DNA of 64,000 bases from Paraspadella gotoi. Taxonomy: Eukaryota; Animalia; Chaetognatha. The stretch spans positions 16,373,074-16,437,073 of the forward strand of contig CM119268.1 of NCBI GenBank assembly GCA_051294375.1. The letters run 5' to 3'. The stretch's first letter is position 1. Each line of letters opens with the position of its first letter. The translations under genes and the position numbers were made by a program. Positions 28,338 to 48,900 of the stretch are shown here, piece after piece. A model generated the notes under the pieces. That model was not told where the DNA came from, did no database searches, and saw nothing but the letters and a program-made list of their open reading frames with translations.

Positions 28338-28645
28338 TAAATTAGGGACAGAAAAAGTCTTATGTATTTGAGATGGAATAGACGAAAAGAGCGAATCGGA
28401 TAAATAAACAAATAGAGAAGAAGCGCGTTAAACTTTAAGTATCATAGCTCGGAATGGACGATCTGTATTTCCCTGAAAGTAAAGTCGTCGTTTTATTGAT
28501 TATTTTTAAATGCAAGACTATCCTCGAACTCAAACACCCAACTTTCTTTATACATTCAACGAGACTATATTTTCCGCAAGTTTCAGAAAAAAAAGACTAT
28601 TGTTTTGGCAGACGGTTCAATATTATCTAAAAATATGCCAAATCT

Positions 28646-28926
28646 TGCCTTCAAAAGCGCCCTTAATTTCTGAACTTAATTATAATTATCATTATAACTT
28701 AATTAAAACTAATCTTTTTATAACCCATAATGCAATCCCTAACCCTATTACCAAACCCTAACCCAAAACCCTCATCCCTAATATTTAAGCCTAATCCCTA
28801 ACCCAAAGCCCGTGTCCCTAATCACTAACCTAATCCCAAACTTAATCCTTAATCAATTTTTTAAACAGAAAAACTAATTTAATTCCGAATTTAAGATGAA
28901 ATTGGGCGCTTTGGAAAAATAAGGCA
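28646..28926. mobile_element. MITE-like element with a degenerate (CCCTAA)n core
   Basis: tgcctt..aaagcgccc (28646-28662) and gggcgcttt..aaggca (28904-28926) are inverted; telomere-like hexamers lie at ~28735-28850. Confidence 0.55.
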
Positions 28927-29385
28927 CAAAAGCTATTACAGTTATTATCGCGGTGTTAAAACTTGGAAACTTGGTCAGTGTTGTTGGCTGTAGTCTTAAA
29001 AGAGAATCCGCAGATTTTTTGGTGTAATTTCATCTTTTATAATTTACCTATAAATTCATATATTTTTACTGTAATTAATACAGAAAAAATTGATTTTCCT
29101 CGCTTGAATTTTTATTTCTATTTGCGAAATTTAGAATACAAGAAACCATTTAAAGGAAGGTTGGAATAAGTTTTTATAAATGGTGGAACACATAAAAGTA
29201 GTACAACGGCGTGATACAAAATAAAAAGAAGGGGATATATGTAGATTAAAGAGAGATAAATTGAACCGGGAAAATAGAACCGTCTGCGTTCACAGCGAGG
29301 TCAGCTGAATGATGCTATTGACAGTATTTTCTAAAAAAAAAAAATTTGAATTTATGATAAATTTTTACAATAGATATTATATCAT

Positions 29386-36129
<6,744 letters not shown>

Positions 36130-36299
36130 TACTAAGTAATTTTTTTTTGTCGGATCTTTTATTGCAGTAAATTATTGTTGAATATTGAATACGAAATGTT
36201 TAATATTACATTGAGCATTGAGCATAGGCATTGCAATTACGTTGCATTATTAAAAATGAGACAATACTGATAATTTCTCTTTCACTCTCTCACTCTCTC

Positions 36300-36346
<47 letters not shown>

Positions 36347-37746
36347 AATAAATTTAATTTCTTCAAAGTCATTGTGGACTGTGGAGAGTATTTTTCTATC
36401 TCCAAAAAGCCCTAGAAGTTTTTCAACTAATTAACCGTTTAAAAATTTGAAAAAATCGAGCGGCTTTGTTCTTTTTAATTAGTGAACCTAAATAAATTAA
36501 AACGAGGGTAAACCATTTTTTTTGGTCGTTCAACCGTAGATCAAATGTTGATAGTATTCAAAATAGTTCAGGTCTCTTAGGACCTAGTTTTGTTTTGTTT
36601 TCTTTAGTTGAATCACTTGGTTTTTGTTGATGTTTTGTGTCGTCGGGAAAACCGGTTTTTGACTTCGTTCGTCGAAACATGAAAGTTAACTCGCTTTCTC
36701 CCGGTTTTCTCCAACATGACATTATAGTTTCGAGAGATCAAAAACGAATCGTGCGACGACGACGACGGAGACCGCCGGGGCCGGTTCAGAGATTTACTGT
36801 TGGTGACAGCAAAACCTGCAATTAACCGAAGTCATTGTCTCATTAATGAAGGAGTTGACATAATCCACAATGTATATCCAAGCGAAAAAAATAGTTGAAA
36901 CTAGGCCTTTGAGGTTATTAAACTATATCAGAGTGAAAATCATAATTAAATTAAATTTCTTTCCGAGTTTAATCGAAAATTGGTACTGGCTCCATTGTAT
37001 CGTCAAACCTACAGAGATAATTGAAAAATAAATTAAATCGGTTTCAAAAGATAATTATGTATTCGTGGTTCTGTGAATTGAGACAGGGTCTCTGTGAAGG
37101 GAAGGATGACGGCGGCATCCCGCATCTTTTAGTTTTAGCCGGCGATGAGCTTTAATGAGAATGAACCGCGTAATGAGAATAAAAACTTTTGAATAAAATA
37201 TCGAAATTTAGAAATTGAATAAACGTTAAACTTGTTTGACCTCTTCTAATTTTATAATTTTATTTTCAAATAAAAAATTATTGTATTAAAAAGAGAGAGA
37301 GGGAGAGAGAGAGAGATAAAGAGACACTTATTGTTAAAAAAAACCGTCGTTTTTCCTTAAATAAAAAATCAGATTGCTCGATGAAAACGTTCCATTTTTT
37401 TAAATTCATATATCTTTTAAAAGAAAATTTGTAAAGGCCTCCGTCTGCGATTCAAACCGTATTAGATAATTATACTATCAAAAATTTGGTCAATTATTTC
37501 AAGGTTTGTCAAATTTATAGTATTTATAGATTTTTATTTAACTTTTATTTCTGTTTTCACCGCAGCATTAAACGAACTAATCCGAATCGCGTGTTACTTC
37601 GAGTTTCCGTAAAAGCAGTGAGTTTGTTTGTAAGTTTAAATGATTAATCACGAATTCGAGAAATCAAAAACCGTTTGATTTAGTAAAGTATTTTTGTATT
37701 AATTAATTTACAGCAATCTTACTCGCTCGCCTCCCCCGCCCATTCT

Positions 37747-38538
37747 CTACCCCTTTCCCTGCATCCACTTCCCCCTCTTCCCCCACTGGACGAAACGAAA
37801 GACGTCGACGCCCAACTCGAGAAACTCGCAGATCGTCAGGACGGAGGCTCCGACGAGGAGACCCAAGTATCCGCCGACGAGGCCGGCCAGGTCCAGCAGG
37901 GTCATCTTGGGGATCTGGGCAAAGTGGGTCACTTCGAGGTTGTTGTTGGCGAACCAGATGCACGTCGCGTTGGGGTGGATGTAGTTCGATAACTGGTAGG
38001 GAGAGAAAGGCAGAGTTGCAGAGACCATTATTATTTTATATGAATGAATAATCTTTATATTGATCTTTATATTAATTGCATCAACTTCCATGAGAATGGC
38101 AAAGGCAACGATACCTGCATTGCTTCCAATTGCTCTTCTGTTAAGTTCTCGACAGTCATTCGGAACTTGAGCTTGTTATTATTTCGCTTGCACCGTTTTC
38201 GGCATCGCTTCGAAGTCTCGCTGCACCTGATTGTTTCGTTATAGCCGATGTACATGCGGACGCCGACATCGCAGACGAAATGCTCGGGAAGGATGACGGC
38301 CCTCGATCTTGAAAGGTGCGGAGCTTTATGTGGAGACGGAAATTCAAATGGTAAGAACTAAGCGGTCCAACCTGTTATTCTTTTCGCAAATTCGCTCCAT
38401 TTGTTGACGCCAAGCACTGTCACCTAGCAACGTGATTCGTTGCCGATGGAAAGCTTCGTAGCGTCTACTCAGTTCGGGATCCTTGAGAAAAAGAAAAAAA
38501 AAGAGAGAGAGCAGGAGAGCTTACGAGAGAGAGAGAGA

Positions 38539-38579
<41 letters not shown>

Positions 38580-41500
38580 GATATAGGATATAGATATAAG
38601 ATATAGATATAGATAGAGATCTAATACTTAAGGGGAGTGGTCTTTTTATACAATTAAACATTCTTTGAAATATTTTCCACCTTCATTGATGGGGAGCCAG
38701 GTACTCTGGGGTGAATAAACGGACTGTGACTGAGAGAGTCTTGATTGAAATTTGCAGGGACCTGCTATGTCATTATCTTGTAAGAGGATACGCCTAACCA
38801 CCAAAGCCTGTCCAAATGTCTAGGGCAAGATAGCTTATTTATTAAATGAATGGATAATTTTTATATTAGTTGTACCAATTTCATAAAATTCAGCTCCTTG
38901 TTATTTTGATGCTAGCTGCGGAGTACAATAGTATTCCGCCGATCCCTAATACTTAAGGGAGTTGCGTCTTTTTCCATACAATTGAAACATTCTTTGAAAT
39001 ATTTTCCACTTCATTGATAGGGAAGCCAGGTACCTTGGAGGGAATAACAACGGGACTGCTGCAGCAGAGTCTTGATTGAAAGTTTGCAGGGACCTGCTTA
39101 TGTCATTAATCTTGCTAAGAGTGATGGAGGCCTTAAACCACAAATGCCTGTCCAAAGTCAGGGGGGCAAGATAGCTATTTATTAACATGGAATGGATAAT
39201 TTTATATTAGTTGTTACCAATTCATAAAATTCAGCTCCTTGTATTTTGATGCTAGTGCGGAGTACAATAAGTATTCCTCCGAATCTAATACTTTAATGGA
39301 CTGGTCTTTTTCATACAATGGAAACATTCTTTGAAATATTATTCCACTCATTGATAGGAAAGCCAGGTACTCTGGGACGTGAATAAATTCGGACTGTGAA
39401 GAGTCTTGATTGAAAGTTGCAGAGACCTTGTATTGCCATTATCTTGTAGAGTGATGGAGGCCTTAAACACCAAAGTCCTGCTCCAAAGTCAGGGGCAAGA
39501 TAGCTTATTTAAAATGAATGGATTAATTTTTATTACGGATTGTACCAATTTCATAATATAGAGAGAACCAGAGCATTTTCCACACAAATATATTTTTATT
39601 CAGTTTTCTTACTTATAATAGGATATAACCGCTGATTTAATTTTTTTTTAACTATATACTTTTAAGATTTCACTAACTGATTCCCCGCCCTCCTTGAAGC
39701 CAGGGCATCTCGGCTGTGTGCTGTTTAGCTATTTAACCCTATCTAAGCCCAAGGAGTGACCAACCTGTGCGCATCCGACTTCCGAATTCATCTCCCTCCA
39801 AAAACAGTCGTCGAGACAATGACTGACATCGTAGAACGCGGGAAGAGGACGAGACGTATCTGAGTTGTAGGATCCAGTATACCTAGAGGACGATTGATTG
39901 CTTTGATTGATTTGATTGATTTGATTGATTTGATTGATTTGATGGATTTGTGATTTGATGGATTTGATGGATTTGGATTTGATGATTTGTATGATTGATT
40001 GTTTGATTGATTTGATTGATTTGATGTGATTTTTGATGGATTTGATGGATTTGATGGAATTTGATGGATTTGATGGATTTTGATGATTTGATGGATTTGA
40101 TGGATTTGATTGATTTGATTGATTTGATTGATTTGATTGATTTGATTGATTTAATAGCGACAGATTATGATTAACGATTCTTACTCCAATATACCGTACG
40201 TACTTGCTTCTGACAGAATGGAAATACGGTCACATTCAGTTCATAAATCACCCCCGATCAAAAANNNNNNNNNNACGGACAGACAAGGACAGACACGCAT
40301 CAAGCAACGCCTGCGCGCTGATTATCGACTGAGCTCTTTTACTTCGGTGCAATCGTCACAATAACAACAACAACAGCCACGCCCACCTGGCGCCCTCCAG
40401 TAAGGAGAAGCGTTCGACGTCGTGAATAAGAATCTTGATGATTCTCATCGAAGGGTCGATGACGAATGACTGGGAGACGTCGACGGCAGAATCGGGGGAG
40501 AGAGAGAAGACGATGAAGAGGCGAAGGGAGGAGACTGTGGGAGGGGGAGGGAGAGGGGAAAGAAAGGGAGAGACGGAGGAAAGGAATGTACGAGGTTATG
40601 ACAGGGAATTTGTGAGATAACAATTTTTTGGAATTAATAAGCCTGTCATTGGGCCTTGTTGCTTTTAGTAAATTTTGTAATCCGACTGACCACTCCGGCT
40701 AGAATTCGAATCTCCACTCCGATTAGAATCGCTGTTCCAAAAAATGGAGTAATAGTCGCTGGTTTGATCGAATCGATGACAGAGTCCGTAGATGGAATCC
40801 ATCCCGAAGCCGTGATAATAATCCTGGAAGAAGACAACGGGTTGCAGGCGAAAGGGACGAGCCAGCGACGGGCGCAGAATCTGGGTTTGGAATTTGGATG
40901 ATAATATCATCTAATTTAAAAGACAAATAAAAGTTTTAATAAAATATAATAAAATCTTTTTATTAAACCTGGGCAATGCTTGCTATGGGGCAGATGAAAT
41001 AAAATTGCGAAATCCTTTTGATCGTTATTTAAATTAATAAGAAGTTGAAATGATAAATAAGTATAATTTAAAAATAACCAGAAAAAAAATTTAAAAAAGT
41101 CAAACATAACATACATAACATTTCATACAAATGAAACATTCTGTGAAATATTATACCACTTCATTGATAGGGAAGTCAGGTACTCTGGGAGTGAATAAAT
41201 TCGACTGTGAAAGAGTCTTGATTGAAAGCTTGCAGAGACCTGATATGTCATTATCTTGTAAGAGTGATCGAGGCCTTAAACCACCAAAGCCTGTCCAAAG
41301 TCAGGAGCAAGATAGCTTATTTAATAAATGAATGGATAATTTTTATACTGGTTGTAACAATTATATAGAATAAAAACCACAAAAGCGATTCACAATTAGA
41401 AAAGAAAAAGGTCTCACCATGTACGATTCCTTCCAAACGACGACGCCCAATCCGTCGTAGCGACGCCAATCCTCGAGACTTCCAGTCTTCACGCAGAGAA

Positions 41501-41843
41501 GCGGACGCGGAAAGACGTCGTCAGCGTGGTAGTCACCTCCGGCGACGTAGCCGCTGCTGTAGTGCTCAATGTTGATGGTGCTACTGACGTTGTCCTCGCT
41601 GGAGTCGAGAGATGGGTTGGATTTTGTTAGAAGCAGGCCCTACACCGACAGTGCCACGCGCTTGCGCCCCCATGCCCGCGATATTTGCCTGAAATATTCC
41701 CAAATGAGACGCGACGTCCAAAAGAAAAGGCTGACGTAGGCGCCGACGCAGATTCCGACCCAAAGGCGGCGCTTCGGTTCCCCGGGTCGGGTCCGGGTCA
41801 GTCCATGGGCGGACGTCGACGCCAAAAACTCGGAGATATTCAT
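37747..41843 (-). CDS. DEG/ENaC (ASIC/ENaC superfamily) ion channel, divergent
   Basis: Exons 41843-41689, 41598-41418, 40910-~40690, 40469-40387, ~40265-40205 (N gap adjacent), 39882-39765, 38481-38372, 38307-38115, 37992-37747. FLASTSAHG (HG motif) + TM1, FPxxxxC, YGLCHRF, KILIH, Cys-rich thumb (CLDDCF..GC), TM2 GGYLGLLVGASVLTICEFLE. About two frameshifts, probably assembly errors. Confidence 0.9.
38621..39558 (+). mobile_element. Three head-to-tail R1 units (period ~330 bp) in a DEG/ENaC intron
   Basis: Units start at ~38621, ~38946 and ~39284 and are joined by the same ~60-bp linker. Confidence 0.85.
39893..40152. repeat. 9-bp (gatttgatt/gatttgatg)n minisatellite
   Basis: Directly visible. 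Confidence 0.9.
41123..41367 (+). mobile_element. R1 repeat, 5'-truncated copy
   Basis: Matches R1 from catacaa..aaacattc to the 3' terminus. Confidence 0.85.
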
Positions 41844-43188
41844 GCTTTTATTTCTTTTTCTTCGAGGTTGTTCACAAATAAAATGTTTCCTTTTATGGAT
41901 GGGACCTTTTCATTGGCCTAAATCTGATATACTTTATATTTCGTAATCTTTTGAATAACTTTTTAATTTTAATCAAGGCATACCAAGATAACTTTTTTTT
42001 TCTAATATTTCTCTCCGTATTGGCTATAAATTGAAACGAAAGAGAAGGAGCGGTGACAAGGCAGTTTTTTTTTAGCTCGGTGCGACTCATCGTCGTCGTC
42101 GTCACTGTTACTCGGGTCCTCTTGTCGTTGTCCTTGTCCACATCAAATAATCAATAAATCATCCCTAAACCCAATAGTCGGGGAATATCTAAATACGATA
42201 TTCTGTAAGTTTGGAAACCCTCGTCACAAAGAATTAAGTCGTTGATTTAATTTAATTAATTTTATGTTAACGAATTAAAAAGTCAGTAAAAAAAAACAAT
42301 CGAGATTCTAAGTTTCAACAACGTATCACAAATATTCAAAACAATAATAAATGGGCGATATACTTAAATAAGTTCGAGTCACCATATGAGTTCATTCTTT
42401 CGTCCAAAAATTATTCACGAATGCCACAAGGTCTCAGCAGTTTCAATAAGCAAGAAATACCAGAAAATTCGTATTGCACAATCTGTAGTACCAATAAATG
42501 TAACAGAATGTAACGGAATAGCCCTTTCCTAATTATTACCAATTTTTTATTTCATTGGGCGTCTAGCCTCGAACCCTGGATCCCCCGGCGTGAAAGCGAT
42601 TGCAACGCTTCCACATGGAAGAGTCGTTGTTTAAATTTGAAAGCATATATTTGGTTTTGGTTGGACACTTTGCTTATGCGTCGTTCTCGCCAGTCGAGCT
42701 TATTTAATTAGTCGTCTCCTCTTGGTCGTCATCGTCATTTTCATCGTTGTCGTTTTCGATCATCGTCGTCATTGTCGTTAGCCTTGACATCGACAAATAC
42801 AAACGGTCGACGTTGCCTTTTCCGACGGATCAAACGTTTAAATAACCTTTTTTTTATAAACCGCGGTCGAGTCGCACGTACACGCACGCCAGCCGGGAGT
42901 CAAACGAACCACCTTCTGTAGCGTTGTATTGCTGGGAAATGACGTGAAAAAAAAATTATGAGCGGGAGGCGAAGACAACCCACCACTTTGTCTCTCCGTT
43001 AATTAGATCTAAAACTAAAAGTCAACAAACTTTTTGAACAAATTATCTAGTTAAAGCTAACCGTTAAATGGACAACGTTCTCGGCGAGTTCTAGCGTGTT
43101 CGTGTCCCTGCTTCACAAACTGATTAACTTAAATATATATATAATATATATCAAGAAGGAAAAAGAACATCACGGTTCAAGATCGAAA

Positions 43189-45631
43189 ATGCGAAAATTA
43201 CGGCGGCCTCCGACGTAAATTTCTCATCCTTTCTTCCCTCATCTCTTCTCTTTGTTTCCTCACATTTTGAAAAGGTCTAAATACTTATCTTCTGTGGATT
43301 TTTTAAACCTCTTGCAGATTACAAAAGAACAGTTAATAGGTTTTAAATAGTTGATTGTTTGACATATTTATTTATTTGTTTATTTGCTTATTTATTTATT
43401 TTTATTATTTATTTATTATTTAATCATTAATTAATATAGCTTTTCTCTTCCTTTCGCAGCCCGTTTCGTTTCCTTCAATCGAATTCTGAACACGATTGTC
43501 GACGATTTCGGAGCTCCCATGCCCCAGGCTCCATGCGCCCTGCCAATGGCTCAATTCCCCATGCTCAATTCCCTTTAAGACCCGACCTCGCCGGGCGAAT
43601 CTGTCTCCAGCGAAGACGTCTCGTCCTCAGGAGCGCCCTTGGCCAACGGGGAGAGGGAGCAGCACTGAACGAAGTACTACGCACTGTCTATGAACTTATT
43701 CCTCGTAAGAGTCGATGTTCATTTGTTTTTATCTAATAGTGTTATTTACTTTTTTTCTTTTGTTGTTGTCTCAACTAGTTTGGATTTTTTTTTTCAATAC
43801 ATTTGTTGGAATACTTTCCTCTTTTCTGTTTATGTTCTGGCAATTGTGCAACTCCATCATCGAACATAATTTTTTTTATCGGAATAGATAGGTTAGTTCA
43901 TCGCTACAAGAAGTATATATGCTTTAATTAATAAGTGACTATCATCGGTAAACCTCTCAAGCAATATCAGTTGTCAAAATAATCATTTCTTTAGGAGATA
44001 CTTTCAGACTCACTTCTGTAGAGCTATATCCAGGAACTATTATTGAATGAATTTACTTTTTTTTTTTAATCTTGATAAACACAACTGGATACCTAGTATG
44101 GATTAAATACAAATTTGTTTCTGAAAAGGTTTACTGTATCTGAGTTTATTGAAAACTAGCTATAGAATATATTATGGAATCATGGGGAATCTTACACTAA
44201 CGATTCTAAATTAAATATAAATGATTGATATGTATAACGCACTTGATGTGTTCGGGATTTCATCCGCAACCGATCCGCAATATGGAGTAACTCGTCAAAA
44301 TGATTTTCAACATTAATTTTTTTTTTTTAACACTTCGATAAGAACCATTTACTAAGTAAATTATTTTTTTAACTGCGATTTAGAAGTGGTTAAAAAACAC
44401 AATTTGAAATTGCTCTTCATGACAAAGACATTAGTAATTTTTTTAAAAAATAACAAATAATTCTGATGAAGATGAGAGGACTCAGGACCTCAGTCGAAAA
44501 TCTTGACTCTTAAATATCAAATACAATTCGTTGACAAAAGAAGTATAATTATTAGTTTTTCTCAAATCTCAAAACACAACGCAAATATCGGAGTATAAAG
44601 GAACAGAGACAGACAGAGAGCAGGAGGAAAAATAACATAAGTTATTCATGAATATTGGACTTCAAAAGACATTGCATGTCGTGTAACAAATATTCATTGA
44701 AATCTAACACATTTAAGATGGATAATATTGATTACATTTGTCACTATGTTGACATTATTATTGTTAGTACATTATATTGTTTCTCATCACTCAGTGAGGC
44801 GAAATTCTCTGTAATGATTATCTTCTATCTTTGTTTATTTTAACATGTTGACGTTGAGTACATATAAATCTTGCTATAAACTTTTTGAGTGTAATAAAGT
44901 CTTTATAAATGGCATTGCAACCTAAACAAACGTTCTTCTTTAAAAAGAACGAAATGCCAAAAAAAAACACATATCTTGTGAACTTCAATTTTATAGATTT
45001 TACTTAATCTCTATTTTGATACTCGCATCTTTATTTTTCCCAAAAATTAGAGTATATAAAAACCGCTTAGATACTATTAAACTTCCTCGCAGGCCTTTAA
45101 ACTGATTGGATCAAATTGCTCTTTAAACCTTTTGTTTATCCGTATTTGAGAGGAAAAAAATTTAAAGCATGATAAAAAAAAATGGGCGTAGCGCTTCGGG
45201 TTATCTTTAGTGATCGTAAAAAAATAAAATATTTACATTTTTTGTCCTTTTATGGAATATTATATATTTTTGAGGAGAGACTCTAAAAGTTTTCAAGATA
45301 CTCTATCTTAGGTAGCTATTCCGAATATTTCATTATATAATTTTTCCGATTTTCAACGTTTCACTTCCGATCATAGCTGCCAATGCTATAAAACCTAAAT
45401 GTTTCTTTAAAAATTGAAAGTCACAAAATCCAATTGTAAATTTTCTTAAAAGCAACGGAATTCTCGATCGACGACGCCATCACATTGCTGCTGCTTGGAG
45501 CTTCTGAGTCGCGCCCCGGCGCCGCAGGGACTCGGTCCGGCGCTGCGGGGTCAAAATTCAGCGCTGCGAGATCGACGTCGGGCAACGCGACGTCCAGCGC
45601 CATCATTCCGACTGACGGAGCATCTCGATAG
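43189..45631 (+). CDS. Hypothetical 3-exon ~149-aa protein
   Basis: GC-rich blocks 43189-43214, 43460-43704 and 45453-45631 have GT-AG boundaries and consistent phases (2, then 1), running ATG to TAG; no family recognised. Confidence 0.4.
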
Positions 45632-45992
45632 AACTCGTGAATAAGAGGGGATGAAGTTATGAAGACTCTCATTCAAAGAGGAGGTGGGTTCAAAGGGCGA
45701 CGGGCAGAATGAGCTTTTTAATCTACAATCGAATTAATTGTGTTGGTGGTTCTGATTATTTTGTTAAACTTAATAGTTAATACAATTTATAAAAATATTT
45801 CGCTCGGATTATTTAGACTTTGAAGTTTGAACTCATACTAAGAAATACGAAATCAACAAATAGCGGCAGCTTTGCCAAAATGTCACACGCAGCTTTTCAA
45901 CTTATATATATATTTTCAACTTATAACCCATGAAAAGTCTCCATCCAATAAAAATCAAAATAAGTCAAGACGTGCGCATCCCACATCGATCT

Positions 45993-48900
45993 TCATTCGC
46001 TCGGCAGCCATTCGCCGAATATAGTCACGTGATCACGAGCGTGACGCAGCCAATTGAATTTCTTGTCGCATCGACGGAGAACGCCGATGTCGGGATCGAT
46101 GGGGTCGTCGAGTTGCCCTTTGAATCAAAGATTAGGACCAAATTTAGATTATTTGTTTGAAATTTTAAGACGAACTACATCAATCTTTGCCTAACAATTA
46201 AACCACGAGGATGCTCAATTACCGAGAAGGCTTCTGGTTTATAAATTATAGTAGGTTGCTCTACGTAAGTTTTATTTTAATCCATTTTTTTTTCCTTCAT
46301 CTAACGATGGTCGAGATCCTCACCGTTTTTCGAAGCGTAGACGATCGCGCCGAAAGCCGTGACGATCGCCACCAGAGGCACGAAACTCCAAACGTCTTCC
46401 GTCAACGAGGCCGCCGCCTCTCGAAGTTTCGCCTCTTCCGGCTGAGAAAAGAATAAAAAAAAGTAGAAAAATGTATTTCTTACGTTGCCACTTTTTTTTC
46501 GTTTATTTGGTTCGTTTGCTTGTCATGTTTTTCCTTTTTTTTTTATTTTGTCTTCTTTTTTTCTTTTCATTCACGAATTAAAAGCTGATAATTCATTTGC
46601 ATATTGCAGAAACATTTTTTTAAAAAAATTAAAGATCAAGTTAACATATAATTGTTCATTAAAGCAACACACTAGTTACGTTTTAACATGAAAGATTAAC
46701 TGGGTTAAGAAATCCAAATCAATAAACATATTTTTGCCTAACGAAAAGTAGAGTAATTTATTCGCTTACGCTTTCAAATCGATTAAGCAGCGAATATAAT
46801 TTCATAGATCTATTTTTCAAACATGAAAAATCCCTGCAGTCGGTGATCACGCAACCTTAATTGCGAAAATAAATCATTCTTACCTCTTATATTGAACAGG
46901 CTATTTATGGCCTCTTTGCTGTTCATCTTCAGGTTGACCATTTATATTACTTATTACTGTATAACCTCTCCAAAACCCCGCCACCGTTATACTTCGTCCT
47001 CCCGCCCATTTCAACATTGAACGATAATTTTGCTCGACTCCTGCCGGCGACGGTCGGGGCAACCTCCAGCGTTTCCGGCTTTGCCGTTGGCGGCCGCGGC
47101 CGCGCCTGAGCTGGTTTGGCCGCTCAACGCCCGTCTCGCCCGCGGCGCCCGCGCAGCCCGTAAGTAAGCGTCGGCGGTCCTTTGGCGACGGCGTCCTTGA
47201 CGGCCGAGTTTCGTCGAGCGGCCGTCATCCGCGAGGCGAAGGATGGTAAACTGCAGGCGAATGTTTGACCGTGTTATTTATGTAGAGAAACAGAATATAG
47301 ATGAATATATATTGGAATAAATGGAATACCAAATACGCATTCCATGTTTGAAAGATACTCGATAAAACGGAAGGAAGAAGGAAGAGCAAAAGTAAAATTT
47401 TACAAATGTTACAATTGTTAGGGTGATATTTTATTATTGAACCGTCAAAAGCCATTTTTTTTAATTAATCAATTTTAATTTTCAAGTACCTGAAAAACGT
47501 TATCTCGGGTGTCTAATTCCCTAAACGTCAAAATAAACCAAAAAACGAACTTACCCTCCAAATTGTTTACCTTAGCCAAATCGTAAACGGCTACATTAGG
47601 TCCCGCCCACTCCTCGCCAATCAGCGCCACCTCCGCCTCCTCCAGCGTCGACCCGTGGACGAAGACGTTCTCGGCTCCGCAGTCGGAGTGGCCGAAGACG
47701 AGGGCCGACGCCTCGGGAGTCCGTAGCCCGGAGACGATCGTCGACTCTATCGAGTCGAAGTTGCGGAAGGCCTCGAGGATCTAGGGAGACAAGGGAGATT
47801 AGTGCTGCGTGTGATAAATTAGAGTAAGAATTTAAAAAAGGAGACATAGAAAAGGAGATGGTGAAATTGAGAAATATGCATTACTTATAATTTTTAAAAA
47901 TACTTTTATGCTGACGGAAGTATTTTTATGCACAAGCTGTGAGCGATAATTATCTAGGAGATTAATATAAATTCTACCATTTTGTGGTGAGTATCAGACC
48001 CCAATGATTAAAAAAAGAAAATCAACTAATTTACTCACCCTCCCAATCCCACCCACTCGCCAACCTTTCCTTGCAACTGTTTCCAATTTTGCGTCTCTCC
48101 CAACTTCGCGGCAACGACGGCCAATGCGGCGTCGCGTCCCCACGCTCGAGCGCGCCGCTTCATCGTCGGCGCCCAAGAAGGATTTTCCTCGGCGACGGCG
48201 TCGCTAACGGGGGGCGTGGCGGCGCCGACGACGTCAACATGGCAACAATCGGTCGCGGCGCCGGCATAACTTTCGCCCGCGCCGCAGCCGAGGGGAAAGT
48301 GAGGCTCCAACACGAGGCTCTTCACCCGATCGTCCTCGATGAGACGATGAAAGTCGACGAGGGCCACGCCCACCTGAGGAAGAGGTTAATAACCTCTAAT
48401 ATCTAATATATAACTAATCTTTCTGAACATTAATGGATCTATTTCTGAAAAATATTATTTGTCTCATTTGCAATTTTTTACGGCATTAGATAGTTACAGC
48501 AAGTAACCACACCTGCGACTCTCGCGCGAATCGATGAACTACAACTTAGAATTCCTGAAGTTTGGTTAAACCTTCACCTTCCTGAAAACTCCGTCCATCT
48601 TCTCAATATCCTCGGCTTTGATGAGACGAATGTGCAGCGGCTTTCCTTTCATCCAATGGCGAACGATTCCTACTCGCCGCCTGACCCGACAACAAAACAA
48701 AATAAAGTGCACGTCGACCCGGAAATATTCATACATATATATTTAATTATTTATCTCCTACTCACCTTCGCGTGAAATACGTGGCTTCGAGGGCGTTGAC
48801 GATCGGTTGACGGGCGCGGTCGTCGCCGTAGAGAGCATGGGAGACGTCAAAGGAAAAATCCTCGCTAGCCTGGGAAGAAAATATAAAAAAACCTATCGAG

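Noticed and set aside
44463-44510. Hammerhead-like ctgatga...cctcagtc-gaaa
   Set aside because: Stem II pairs only partly, and stems I/III and the UH site cannot be formed; at most a decayed Penelope-type remnant.
48512-48538. Possible micro-exon FIDSRESRR in the kinase half
   Set aside because: Including it breaks phase with the VGVALVDFH exon, whereas direct splicing 48578 to 48373 fits the family pattern.
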